Part shown: piece by piece, positions 45,750 to 54,436 of the stretch
How positions within the stretch are numbered: position 1 is the stretch's first letter
Layout of the letters: every line of letters begins with the position of its first letter
Virus record (IMG/VR): IMGVR_UViG_3300034072_000758
Span: 434,001-498,000 of that record
Strand: one strand, 5' to 3'
DNA length: 64,000 nucleotides
Notes under the pieces: generated by a model
Databases searched by the model: none
Seen by the model: only the letters and a program-made list of their open reading frames with translations
Told to the model about the DNA's origin: nothing
Program-made: the position numbers and the translations under genes

Positions 45750-46325
45750 TTACTTTACGATCTTGAAACCGTGCTTCTTGTAGTATGGAACGTTCTCGAA
45801 ATCGATGACCGACACCATAAACTTACCATAGCCGTTGCTGACCATGACTTGTTCGACCGTGGCCACGACCTGATCCACGACCGACTTGACCGCCTTCGCC
45901 GCTTTGATCTTCGGCTTGATGGTTTCGACAGCGGGTTCAACCGACGCTTCATCTTCAATAACGCGCGGCGCGATTTCGGCTGCGACCGTTTCGATGCGAG
46001 TGTCGATGACATTGATGGAATCGCCGAACTTGGAGACTTCACGATCCAGACGCTTGAGTTCGAGGTTTTCGACCGCGTTGTTATGACCGTTACCATCCTT
46101 ATGAACGACTTCATCATTCTTCGTCGCGCCGAGGAAGCAGATGGCTATCAGACGATGGAGGCCGACCTTGGAATGGAGGGCGACGTTCTTGAGACTGATA
46201 CGGAGCTTATCGCCATCCTTCTGATAGGATAGTTCGGTGCCGTCCTTCTTGAAGACGCGACCATCGGAAGTGGCAAGATATTGTTCGTCCGCGAAATAGA
46301 AACGGACGCGCTTGACGCTCGACAT
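45750..46325 (-). CDS. HNH-fold protein with Lys/Ala-rich C-terminal extension
   Basis: ATSDGRVF, LHRLIAICF, VVHKDGNGHNNAVENLE; codon-adapted rather than AT-rich. Confidence 0.7.
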   Translation of the reverse strand: MSSVKRVRFYFADEQYLATSDGRVFKKDGTELSYQKDGDKLRISLKNVALHSKVGLHRLIAICFLGATKNDEVVHKDGNGHNNAVENLELKRLDREVSKFGDSINVIDTRIETVAAEIAPRVIEDEASVEPAVETIKPKIKAAKAVKSVVDQVVATVEQVMVSNGYGKFMVSVIDFENVPYYKKHGFKIVK

Positions 46326-46404
46326 ATAAATCTCCTTAATTGATGTTGTTGGGGAGACAATATATCAGGTGTTTCAATTCGTCAACACCCCACGGCCAAA
46401 AATA

Positions 46405-46857
46405 TTATGACGGCATAGTCCCGTCCATATTTCCATCCGGCCAACCACTATAGATGTCTATAGCATCCAAGTCTTCTAAGGTTTCACAAGCGTCAATTTG
46501 TGCTTTTAACGCCCACGAATATGTATAGACCTGATTAACATATAACAGTAAATATCCAGAAAATGTGATCAAACCTTGAGCATTCATAGGAACGTTATTA
46601 TTATTATTATCGCGCCATGTATAGTTCGGTGGCAAAGGAATACCAGCCGTGACAGCAGCAACCATACCGGTAAGGTTTGTTCTCGCGCGGGCATCGGTAG
46701 CCCAAAAATATCCAAGATACCACATACCCGCAGCAAGCCTAGTCTCTCGGTGAGTATTAATATCATTGTTCAGTTTTAAGATTGTAGCCCCAACTGTTCG
46801 GTTATCCTCAACCGAGATCAGAACGCCATTATCGTATACTTCTAATTTATTCAACAT
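46405..46857 (-). CDS. DUF4376-like tail fibre assembly protein
   Basis: W.TD..AR.NL.G, YTWRD.NN..VPM, LKAQIDA..T.E.LDAI. Confidence 0.7.
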   Translation of the reverse strand: MLNKLEVYDNGVLISVEDNRTVGATILKLNNDINTHRETRLAAGMWYLGYFWATDARARTNLTGMVAAVTAGIPLPPNYTWRDNNNNNVPMNAQGLITFSGYLLLYVNQVYTYSWALKAQIDACETLEDLDAIDIYSGWPDGNMDGTMPS

Positions 46858-47612
46858 TATGTATTCCTAATCCAAATATAAGGAAAGATGTTCGAAACAT
46901 AGGTTGGGTTTGTAAAAGTCGCTGGGAACGAAGAGGCCGGTGTGCTTGTAGAAGTCACACCGATGTTTGTATACGAAGAAGTCGAGGTTCTTCCCAAATA
47001 TGGATTTCCGCTCGATTGCCAACCATAACACATCAGGTTCATTGGTGAACTCAATAGGAGTGTTACCCAAATCCATTTTCCATAGCAATTAGCCGAATTA
47101 TAAAAAACAATTTCTTTATTGCCACTGGAATTAATAGGTATTTGACCGAGATCATACATTAATGCGGATGGTGCGCCATTGACATTACTGTAAATAGCTA
47201 TTCGAATATTGGGATTTTGCCACTGATGCGTTACATTAAAACCGATGCGATTAAATGCTCCACCGTCATGAATAAAAAACGGCATGGCATACAACGTCCC
47301 ATTTACGAAATAGTTATTTGATAATTGGCTCGCGTCTACTTGAGGGGAGCCATAAAATAAGCCATTAACAAAACCCGGATGCGTCAAAGCATTTGAGTTT
47401 GTTCCGCTCGCCGGTCTACCAGCTAAGTTACTTTCACCAAGCTGGGTCCATTCTTGATTTTTATATTCTTCAATATAACCCAAATCAGTGTTGAAGCGGA
47501 TCATACCCTCAGTCGGCGAAGACGGACGCTGATCGGTTGAACCCTTGGCCAGTCGAAAAAAACCAGTAGATTCTTGCTTAATGTTACCAGATGAAAGTAT
47601 ACCGTGTTTCAT
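46857..47612 (-). CDS. tail-fibre-associated protein
   Basis: LAKG.T.QRP..P.EGMIRFNT.LG..E.Y module; late promoter. Confidence 0.65.
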   Translation of the reverse strand: MKHGILSSGNIKQESTGFFRLAKGSTDQRPSSPTEGMIRFNTDLGYIEEYKNQEWTQLGESNLAGRPASGTNSNALTHPGFVNGLFYGSPQVDASQLSNNYFVNGTLYAMPFFIHDGGAFNRIGFNVTHQWQNPNIRIAIYSNVNGAPSALMYDLGQIPINSSGNKEIVFYNSANCYGKWIWVTLLLSSPMNLMCYGWQSSGNPYLGRTSTSSYTNIGVTSTSTPASSFPATFTNPTYVSNIFPYIWIRNT

Positions 47613-47691
47613 AGACTATATTTATCGACCGTGAGTGTTTTAAAAAAACGGTATTATACGTTTCGTAACCAAATGTAAGAGGATTTCGCAA

Positions 47692-48477
47692 TTACCCTAC
47701 AACTACTACCTGCCAAGTTCCAGAAATGGTGAAGGAACTCAAATCAACAATAGTGGTTGTAGTATTGGAATACGTGATTTCATCGGGCAAAATCGCACGA
47801 TTATTATTATCGATAATTTGAACCAACACATACTGTTGATTGAGACCATGAGTTACTGTTAAAAGACCCGCAACCGTAGCCGTAAATGTTGTCTTGTAAA
47901 CCCCGGCTGCACTCAGGTTAGAGCGGGCTGTCTGTGCGTTGCTGGCTCCTGTACCACCCAGAGTCACGGATACAGGGGCGGTGAGAGAGATCGTGTTACC
48001 GACGATTGTGATACCATTTCCAGCCGCATAGTTACCGGAGATTGTAGCACCATTCACGGTGATACCAGTTCCGCCGACCAAGTTAGTAGCAACGGTTGTG
48101 CTGTTGATGGTAATACCAGTACCAGCATTTATGGTCGAATAGACGTTGCCGGTCTTCGAAACGAGACCGTTGCTAGACAAGATGCTGAGGTTTTGGAGGC
48201 CGTTCGCAAGACTCAAAGAAACAACACCATTTGAGTAAGCGGTGTTTAGACCAGAACCAATCGTTGTTACCACATTTTCTGTCATGGAAACCCAAGTCGA
48301 ATTTCCAGAAAGAGTTGGGTCTGAGAAACCTTCAAATTTACCTAAAGATAGATTATATCGGATCGAACCGGCGTTTGCCGTGGCAGGACGTTGATCCGTA
48401 TTCCCACTGGCGATTTGTGTAGAAATTACACTGTCATGAATGAGTGCGCCTTTTATAACACTATTACCTGAAAACAT
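47692..48477 (-). CDS. tail-fibre-like structural protein
   Basis: SG.T.QRP...AGSIRYN, AG.GITI repeats, GGTGAS.A..AR.NL, C-terminal H.L....VLVQ. Confidence 0.7.
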   Translation of the reverse strand: MFSGNSVIKGALIHDSVISTQIASGNTDQRPATANAGSIRYNLSLGKFEGFSDPTLSGNSTWVSMTENVVTTIGSGLNTAYSNGVVSLSLANGLQNLSILSSNGLVSKTGNVYSTINAGTGITINSTTVATNLVGGTGITVNGATISGNYAAGNGITIVGNTISLTAPVSVTLGGTGASNAQTARSNLSAAGVYKTTFTATVAGLLTVTHGLNQQYVLVQIIDNNNRAILPDEITYSNTTTTIVDLSSFTISGTWQVVVVG

Positions 48478-48530
48478 TGAAAATATACCCCAGCGTGTAG
48501 GTTGCTTTAGTATATTTAGTTTGTAGTCAG

Positions 48531-48965
48531 TTACACTTTAACGCACACTTTAATAATCATACCTTCTGTAGCATAAGTAGATAAGTAAAGCCTGAAAGAG
48601 TTATTATCAATAAGTCTTATATTATCGGGACTGATAAGGTTATCATCCCAATATAACTGCACTATAACGTATTTTTCTGACAAATTGTGAGAAATTACTA
48701 CGGATTTTTCCTCGTCTAAATCAGAAATTCCAATAGTTGTTCTATATGAACTCACCGGTATCATGTCAACGGTGACTAATTGAAGCCAACCACTAGCCGT
48801 CTTCTGATACGATGTTCCCGTATCTTCTCTAAGATAAATGCTGCTATCTGGTACATCAATAAAGGCAGTTGGCAAGCCAGTACCGCGCACGAATGTCGGT
48901 CCTCGCTTGCCTATAGCGAACTTATCTTCTGTTGTTCCACTGAGATTGTGATACACGTTGCTCAT
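48531..48965 (-). CDS. small structural protein
   Basis: TATAAATA 5 nt before MSNVYH; C-terminal SHNL..KYVIVQ like its neighbour. Confidence 0.65.
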   Translation of the reverse strand: MSNVYHNLSGTTEDKFAIGKRGPTFVRGTGLPTAFIDVPDSSIYLREDTGTSYQKTASGWLQLVTVDMIPVSSYRTTIGISDLDEEKSVVISHNLSEKYVIVQLYWDDNLISPDNIRLIDNNSFRLYLSTYATEGMIIKVCVKV

Positions 48966-48999
48966 AGTTTTATTTATATAAAAACCGAGCATTATGTTA

Positions 49000-49470
49000 T
49001 CAAATTATGGCGTCCTCAATTCCGGCGACACGGAGACGTGTGATGTCACCAATACGAAAACCCATTTGCTCTAATCCTTTAAAGATACCAAAGAACTTGT
49101 TTCTGATAAGAGCTATGTGTTCAACCAATTGTGCTAGGTCTAACACTGTCTGATCAACCTCAGCATATTGATCAGCCTGACGATCAGTCAAAGAACGATT
49201 ATAATTTTCCAGATAGAATTTCTTACGAGCGGTCTTCTCTTTCAATTCTTCTCGTTCATAGAGCTTAAGAATGGCCTCAAGCTCTTGAAGCTGAGCATAG
49301 CGATATTCAAATAGACCCGGTATCTCCTTGAGCACCGTATTAAGGCGCTTTTCGTCAATGATCAGGTCTTTCTTAGCATCTTCGTATTGGGCTTCGAAAT
49401 AATCCACAGCCTTTCCAAAGTTGTCAAAGTCCAGAGGACTTCTAGCCAATATTGAATACCACTTGCTCAT
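49000..49470 (-). CDS. uvsY: UvsY-like recombination mediator
   Basis: LE.YNR.L..R.A..Y, RNKF.GI.KGL, I..LR.AG.ED pattern; downstream of UvsX. Confidence 0.75.
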   Translation of the reverse strand: MSKWYSILARSPLDFDNFGKAVDYFEAQYEDAKKDLIIDEKRLNTVLKEIPGLFEYRYAQLQELEAILKLYEREELKEKTARKKFYLENYNRSLTDRQADQYAEVDQTVLDLAQLVEHIALIRNKFFGIFKGLEQMGFRIGDITRLRVAGIEDAII

Positions 49471-49713
49471 TTAGTAGTCGTCTCCGTAGGGATCGTCTTC
49501 TTCTTCATCTTCATATGGAGAGCCGTAAAGCTCGTCATATGCCCTCGATAACACACTGTCTTCATCAGCGATCATTTGAATATCTTTGCTTTCAAAGCCA
49601 TATTCTTCAAATTCTCGAAGGATAGACATCGCAACCTCGTGTTGTTGACGGGCTGGTATGAAGGGTTTCACTCTGTCCCAAATATTTAGGATCAGTTCAC
49701 TTTCGCTATTCAT
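49471..49713 (-). CDS. hypothetical protein
   Basis: Start MNSESE overlaps the uvsX stop. Confidence 0.6.
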   Translation of the reverse strand: MNSESELILNIWDRVKPFIPARQQHEVAMSILREFEEYGFESKDIQMIADEDSVLSRAYDELYGSPYEDEEEDDPYGDDY

Positions 49714-50776
49714 CACCACTCTCGTCCGCCAAGTCTTCGAGTTCGTCACCAAACCCAATATCACCTGATGGTTCGCTAAACGAATCCATCAAAGCATCGT
49801 AGTGTGAAGGTTCAATTTGCTTTCTGAACATTTTAAGTTCTTCACCATTGATAGTGAACTTGTAACGAGTGCCGTCCTTTTGGATGACATTCTTTCCCAA
49901 GAAGAAATCGAACAGACCGGAATAGGGGTTCATACCACCGTTGTAAGGGATTTGAACTTCTACTTCCTCGAATGGCTTGGAGAAGCGCGACTTGACACAT
50001 TTGATCTTAGAGCGAATACCGCGTACTTCCTTGATCTTCTGACCGTCTTCGTCTTCTTTCAGCTTGAGCTTGTTCATCGTAAGGATAATCGAACTTGCGA
50101 AAATGAAGCCTGAACCACCGGAAACCACATCATCAGGATTAAATTGATCCTGAGATTTGTAGGTGTGGTTTGTGGCTACCAGACCGATGTTGCGCGATCC
50201 GAACAATTTCAAGCACTGTGTAACAAATGCCTTCAATTGCTTGGCCTTACGGCCCATATCGCCCTTCATGTTACCATCGGCGAACTGATCCAATTCGGTA
50301 GGTGTCGAAAGCATACCCAACGAATCGATAATGAACATGACCGGCTGACGATCTGCCTTATCGACGTTCGCATATTGAAGATCGTAATCCGCAATATATT
50401 CAGTAACAATCTTGGCGCACTCGTCCACAGTCGATACCGGAATACGAAGCATCTTGTCGATGTCGATGTTGAAGCGTTCAGCCCAACCCTTATCGACGCC
50501 ATTTTCGGAGTCCAGAAGGATGGCAAGAATACCTTGCTTCTGGCAGTCTTCAATCACCTTACCAACGGCGATGAACGACTTACCTGAACCAGATTCACCA
50601 GCCAGAACCGTGACTTTCCCAAGAGGAATACCACGTTTGAAATCGCCAGAAATCATCATATTGACAGCGTAGTTTCCAGTGTCAACCCAATGTGTTGGAT
50701 CAAAGAAACCAGTTTCAATATTCAATGATTTACTGATCGATTTCCTAAATTTAGAAAAATCGTAAGGTTTTACCAT
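49706..50776 (-). CDS. uvsX: UvsX/RecA-like recombinase
   Basis: DTGNYA.N..ISG, Walker A AGESGSGKS, IIDSLGML, GDMGRKAK, VATNHTY, SGG.GFIFASS, KSRF.KPFE. Confidence 0.93.
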   Translation of the reverse strand: MVKPYDFSKFRKSISKSLNIETGFFDPTHWVDTGNYAVNMMISGDFKRGIPLGKVTVLAGESGSGKSFIAVGKVIEDCQKQGILAILLDSENGVDKGWAERFNIDIDKMLRIPVSTVDECAKIVTEYIADYDLQYANVDKADRQPVMFIIDSLGMLSTPTELDQFADGNMKGDMGRKAKQLKAFVTQCLKLFGSRNIGLVATNHTYKSQDQFNPDDVVSGGSGFIFASSIILTMNKLKLKEDEDGQKIKEVRGIRSKIKCVKSRFSKPFEEVEVQIPYNGGMNPYSGLFDFFLGKNVIQKDGTRYKFTINGEELKMFRKQIEPSHYDALMDSFSEPSGDIGFGDELEDLADESGDE

Positions 50777-50832
50777 TGATATAAGAAGGGTGGCACGATG
50801 GTTCGCACCACCACTCTCTCCCTGTATTGAGA

Positions 50833-51876
50833 TTAGTTACCCGCAGCGGCGGTTTTGTTACGGATACGCGCAAGGATGGCTTGTGCGTCACCTGATGGGG
50901 CGGCTGTTTGCTTAGGAGCTTCGGCGGCTGGTGCCACGTCAACAACGACTTCATCTGCTTCCGCATCCGGGGTCGTGGCCGCTACAGCCTTGGTAGCCGG
51001 GATCGATGTTCTAGCTACAGGAGCCGCAGCAGGAGCCGAGGCCGGGGCTTGGCCGTCACGACGCACATACGGCTTGTATGGGCTGTTAGCATACTTGTCA
51101 GCATCGAACGGAAGACCAGCAACGGAGTCGTGGAACAGTTGCATGATGACTTCCAGATCGGCTTCCGAAGGCTTCTTCGGCAGAGCGACTTGTGCGAGAT
51201 CGAACAGACCATAGGTATCGATAGCGGCCAACTCTTCTTCGCTCAGGGTACGCTCCTTCGGAGAGAACTTGGACGAAGTGTAGTTGTTGTGCTCACCGTT
51301 CTTGGTCACAATGATCTTGAAATCACGGCCATGAACGTAGTCTACCGGCAGATGGCTGTAATCGATGTCATCAACGTCAGCTTCGATAATCTTGGCCAAT
51401 TGCGGGCCGAAAACAAAGCGACGAATTGGGTTTTCTGGGGGGTCTTTTTCGTTGAGGGATGTCGAAACGACAAAGCCCTGAGCAACCAGTGTGCGCTTAC
51501 GATAATACTTGAGCGCATCTTGCTTGCGGTCAGTCCACCACGGACGGATCGCCTCGGTAATCGGGCAAACTTCCTTCGGGCCATACATCTTCATACATGG
51601 AACGGTGATAGTTACCTTCTTGTTGGTTGGATATTGACCGCCGACAATACCATCAAATTCGAGGGTGATTGTTTCGCGGTAAACCCAGAAGCGTGGGCTG
51701 TCTGGATCGCCATCAGGCAGGAGGCGGATTACTGTTTGCTCGCCCGACTTCATGTCCCAGAATTGGAAAGAGGCGTTGTCGCCCGAAGAAGTGGTGGTGC
51801 GGCTGTTGTTGCCTTCGTTCTTGGACTTAGCCATCAACGCTTGCAAACGTGCTTTTTTGTCATCAATCTGTGTCAT
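50833..51876 (-). CDS. single-stranded DNA-binding protein (T4 gp32-like)
   Basis: IRLLPDGD, VPC..MY...CPI, G.DF.I......Y.SSKF, Ala/Pro tail; start may be 51942. Confidence 0.8.
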   Translation of the reverse strand: MTQIDDKKARLQALMAKSKNEGNNSRTTTSSGDNASFQFWDMKSGEQTVIRLLPDGDPDSPRFWVYRETITLEFDGIVGGQYPTNKKVTITVPCMKMYGPKEVCPITEAIRPWWTDRKQDALKYYRKRTLVAQGFVVSTSLNEKDPPENPIRRFVFGPQLAKIIEADVDDIDYSHLPVDYVHGRDFKIIVTKNGEHNNYTSSKFSPKERTLSEEELAAIDTYGLFDLAQVALPKKPSEADLEVIMQLFHDSVAGLPFDADKYANSPYKPYVRRDGQAPASAPAAAPVARTSIPATKAVAATTPDAEADEVVVDVAPAAEAPKQTAAPSGDAQAILARIRNKTAAAGN

Positions 51877-52066
51877 TTTATTTTGCCTTTTTACTTTGCT
51901 TGTTAGGTTTTGCTTGGTATGAGGTTCTTTCTGAACCCGCATAGTATTTATGCTAATTCTTCGTTAACCTCATGAATTAACCATACCATAATGTACTTTT
52001 TCTTTTCAATTTAAATCGGTATTTAATGTAAATAAAAACCATGTTATTTACTTTACACAAGGTAAT

Positions 52067-52092
52067 AAAAAAGCGACCCGAAGGCCGCTTTT
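52067..52092 (-). terminator. intrinsic terminator with UUCG loop
   Basis: AAAAGCGGCC-TTCG-GGTCGCTTTTTT on the minus strand. Confidence 0.8.
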
Positions 52093-52164
52093 ATTAATCA
52101 ATCTCTGAGACGTTTCAACGGTCCACCAGAGCCATCGCGCTTCAATACTACCAAGCTACTATAC

Positions 52165-53994
52165 TCATACACCATCAGCCAGCATTTCAGCCATGTTCTT
52201 CGGCGTCACATCCTTGTATGAAGGGGCGCGATAGTACATCGACACCATACCATTCGGAAGCTCTGTTACAGGGACGACATTAATCTTTTTAATGGTGGGA
52301 TACTTCTCAAAGAATGCCTTAGCGGCCTCCATAGCGGTCTTGTGAACCGATCCGGTTACTCCACCCTTAGCCGATCCCATATAACCCGAATAGGACAGTT
52401 CAACCGCTTCCTCAAGCTCACCGTCTTCTTCATCGTATTCTGGTTCTTCTTCATCGTATTCTGGTTCTTCATCTTCGCTCTTAAGCTCGAAGACGGTCTG
52501 ATCATTTTCATCACGAACATCGGCATAGAAATCACCACGCTCGTCAAGATTGATATAATAACCATAGATCGGCCCATCCCACTCAGCACGGGCTTCATCA
52601 TCACTCATCAAATTTTCGAAGTCACGGCTATCAAACAAATGACCGTTTGCTGGGATCAATTCAACGGTTCTCAAGTAATTTTCAAGACCATCGGTATCAT
52701 GTTTGTGCTTCATGTATCCAGCGTCGATTACCGAGATCGTTTCATTCAAACCTTCGGTGTCATCCTTAATCATTACTTCGTTCTTAAAGTCATCAATCTG
52801 GCTGTGCGGAAGCAGAACATCTTCACGGCGGAGGCCATCGGCTTCCATGAGGCGGGCAGTCGAGAAACTATTAGTCCATTCCAAGAACTCACGAATAGCC
52901 GAGCTAGAGGTCATGAAACCTTCGGAAATTTTCAGGCCCGATGCCTTGATGATCTTGACCATAAGCGAGCGAACAGCAGTCTTCTTGTCAGCAGGAAGTT
53001 CGGCATAGCGGTCAGAAATGTAAGAGCACAGATTGCTTAAGCTCAGGTTTTCAATGTATGGAACGACCAGATCGAAATAGTAAATCACATTTGGATTTAT
53101 TGGTTTGTCGCTAGGAACAGTTGGTGTTCCAGTGAAAGCCACTTCTCCGGTCTTAACCAGCTTTTCCCAAGCCAGTTTAGATACCTTTTTACCCAAAACG
53201 TTCGTGGTTTCGATACCAGTTCCACCGCAGCTATCGCATGGTTCTTCATTACCACCAGTACCCTTACAAGTCGGGCAAGCTTCGTCATCCACACCCATAG
53301 CCACTCTGGCTTCGGTCAGACGTTCAAAATGACCAGCCGATTTGTATTCAGCATAGCTTTCACATATTTTTGCTGATTTAAGTTCAGAATAGTGAGACGC
53401 CATGCGCAGGATTTGTTGTCCAACCGCGTCAGCAAACGATCCACCACCATTCACGTGGTTGGTCATATCGATTGCGGCTTCGAGATCATTGACCGGAAAT
53501 TGGAAGCGATTGCTACTCGCGTCTTCAATTTGAATAGAATTATATCCTTCATTCACCGACTTCTTGGCTATCATCTTAGCATTGTCGAGGGTCAAGTAAG
53601 AAGTTTTAGATGTATGATAAAGCATAATAGTCTCCGACTCTGTAACTGAACTATATGTAGAAAATTCTTTTGGCGTGATTTTTTTATTGGAGGCGCGGGC
53701 CGCAAATGTAACATTAAATTTAGAGGCCAAAGAACGAAATGCCGAGAACAAGTCTTCAATACTATTAATATCAATAATGCTGTTATCATAATACATACGA
53801 ATACAGCTATCATTCCCTTCATCTACGACCGAGACTAGCAGATGATTTGGTTTAGTAATGAAGCGACGGCAATCTTGTGGCTCGTATACAGTATTTCCGT
53901 CATTATCAAACATTCGGCATTCGTACCCGTATTGACGAAGTACGTTAAAAACCTCCGTAGATAAAGCAGCAAAAGAGATCACAATATTCTCCAA
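52165..53994 (-). CDS. acidic head-associated structural protein with a CxxCxGxG zinc-finger insert
   Basis: Many LxE/IxE sites, EEPEYDEE tandem repeat, CPTCKGTG...CDSCGGTG; TAAATA upstream. Confidence 0.6.
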   Translation of the reverse strand: MENIVISFAALSTEVFNVLRQYGYECRMFDNDGNTVYEPQDCRRFITKPNHLLVSVVDEGNDSCIRMYYDNSIIDINSIEDLFSAFRSLASKFNVTFAARASNKKITPKEFSTYSSVTESETIMLYHTSKTSYLTLDNAKMIAKKSVNEGYNSIQIEDASSNRFQFPVNDLEAAIDMTNHVNGGGSFADAVGQQILRMASHYSELKSAKICESYAEYKSAGHFERLTEARVAMGVDDEACPTCKGTGGNEEPCDSCGGTGIETTNVLGKKVSKLAWEKLVKTGEVAFTGTPTVPSDKPINPNVIYYFDLVVPYIENLSLSNLCSYISDRYAELPADKKTAVRSLMVKIIKASGLKISEGFMTSSSAIREFLEWTNSFSTARLMEADGLRREDVLLPHSQIDDFKNEVMIKDDTEGLNETISVIDAGYMKHKHDTDGLENYLRTVELIPANGHLFDSRDFENLMSDDEARAEWDGPIYGYYINLDERGDFYADVRDENDQTVFELKSEDEEPEYDEEEPEYDEEDGELEEAVELSYSGYMGSAKGGVTGSVHKTAMEAAKAFFEKYPTIKKINVVPVTELPNGMVSMYYRAPSYKDVTPKNMAEMLADGV

Positions 53995-54058
53995 AAAATC
54001 GATACATATATTTATTCAAAAAGAAAAAGGGACGAATTTTACTTCGCCCCTTTCGGAA

Positions 54059-54436
54059 TTAAACTTGATCGAGATCGAGTATTTGGTACGATTCGATACC
54101 ATTTATATTCAACCACTTGTCCAAAACATACATAGCGTTAGTATCGCAGCCCTCCGAATCCGGCACAAGGGTGTAAGCTCTCCCGGTATAAGTCGTACCT
54201 GTTAACTTGTCCTTATCAAAGGTTTCAATAGAAGAAGACACTCTCGCAACGCCTTCATAAACGTTGTGACCGACAAAGTGCTTACTAGAGACCCCATCAC
54301 TGGTTGCTTCAATAAGCAACCAGCGCTCAAGAAGAACAGATGGGGATTTTTCTATAGACTCTGGATGCCAGATCATCTTAGGTACATGACTCGCATATTT
54401 CCGGGTTTTCTGGGGCAACCGTTGGGGCAGCGTCAT
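54059..54436 (-). CDS. hypothetical protein
   Basis: L..W.LIE.......HFVG.....G.RVSS.IE.FD....G.T..GR.Y.L; true start probably near the nrdA stop. Confidence 0.6.
   Translation of the reverse strand: MTLPQRLPQKTRKYASHVPKMIWHPESIEKSPSVLLERWLLIEATSDGVSSKHFVGHNVYEGVARVSSSIETFDKDKLTGTTYTGRAYTLVPDSEGCDTNAMYVLDKWLNINGIESYQILDLDQV

Noticed and set aside
45750-46325. Mobile HNH homing endonuclease
   Set aside because: Codon-adapted, with its own promoter and terminator and a non-nuclease C-terminus; more likely domesticated, so not called a mobile element.
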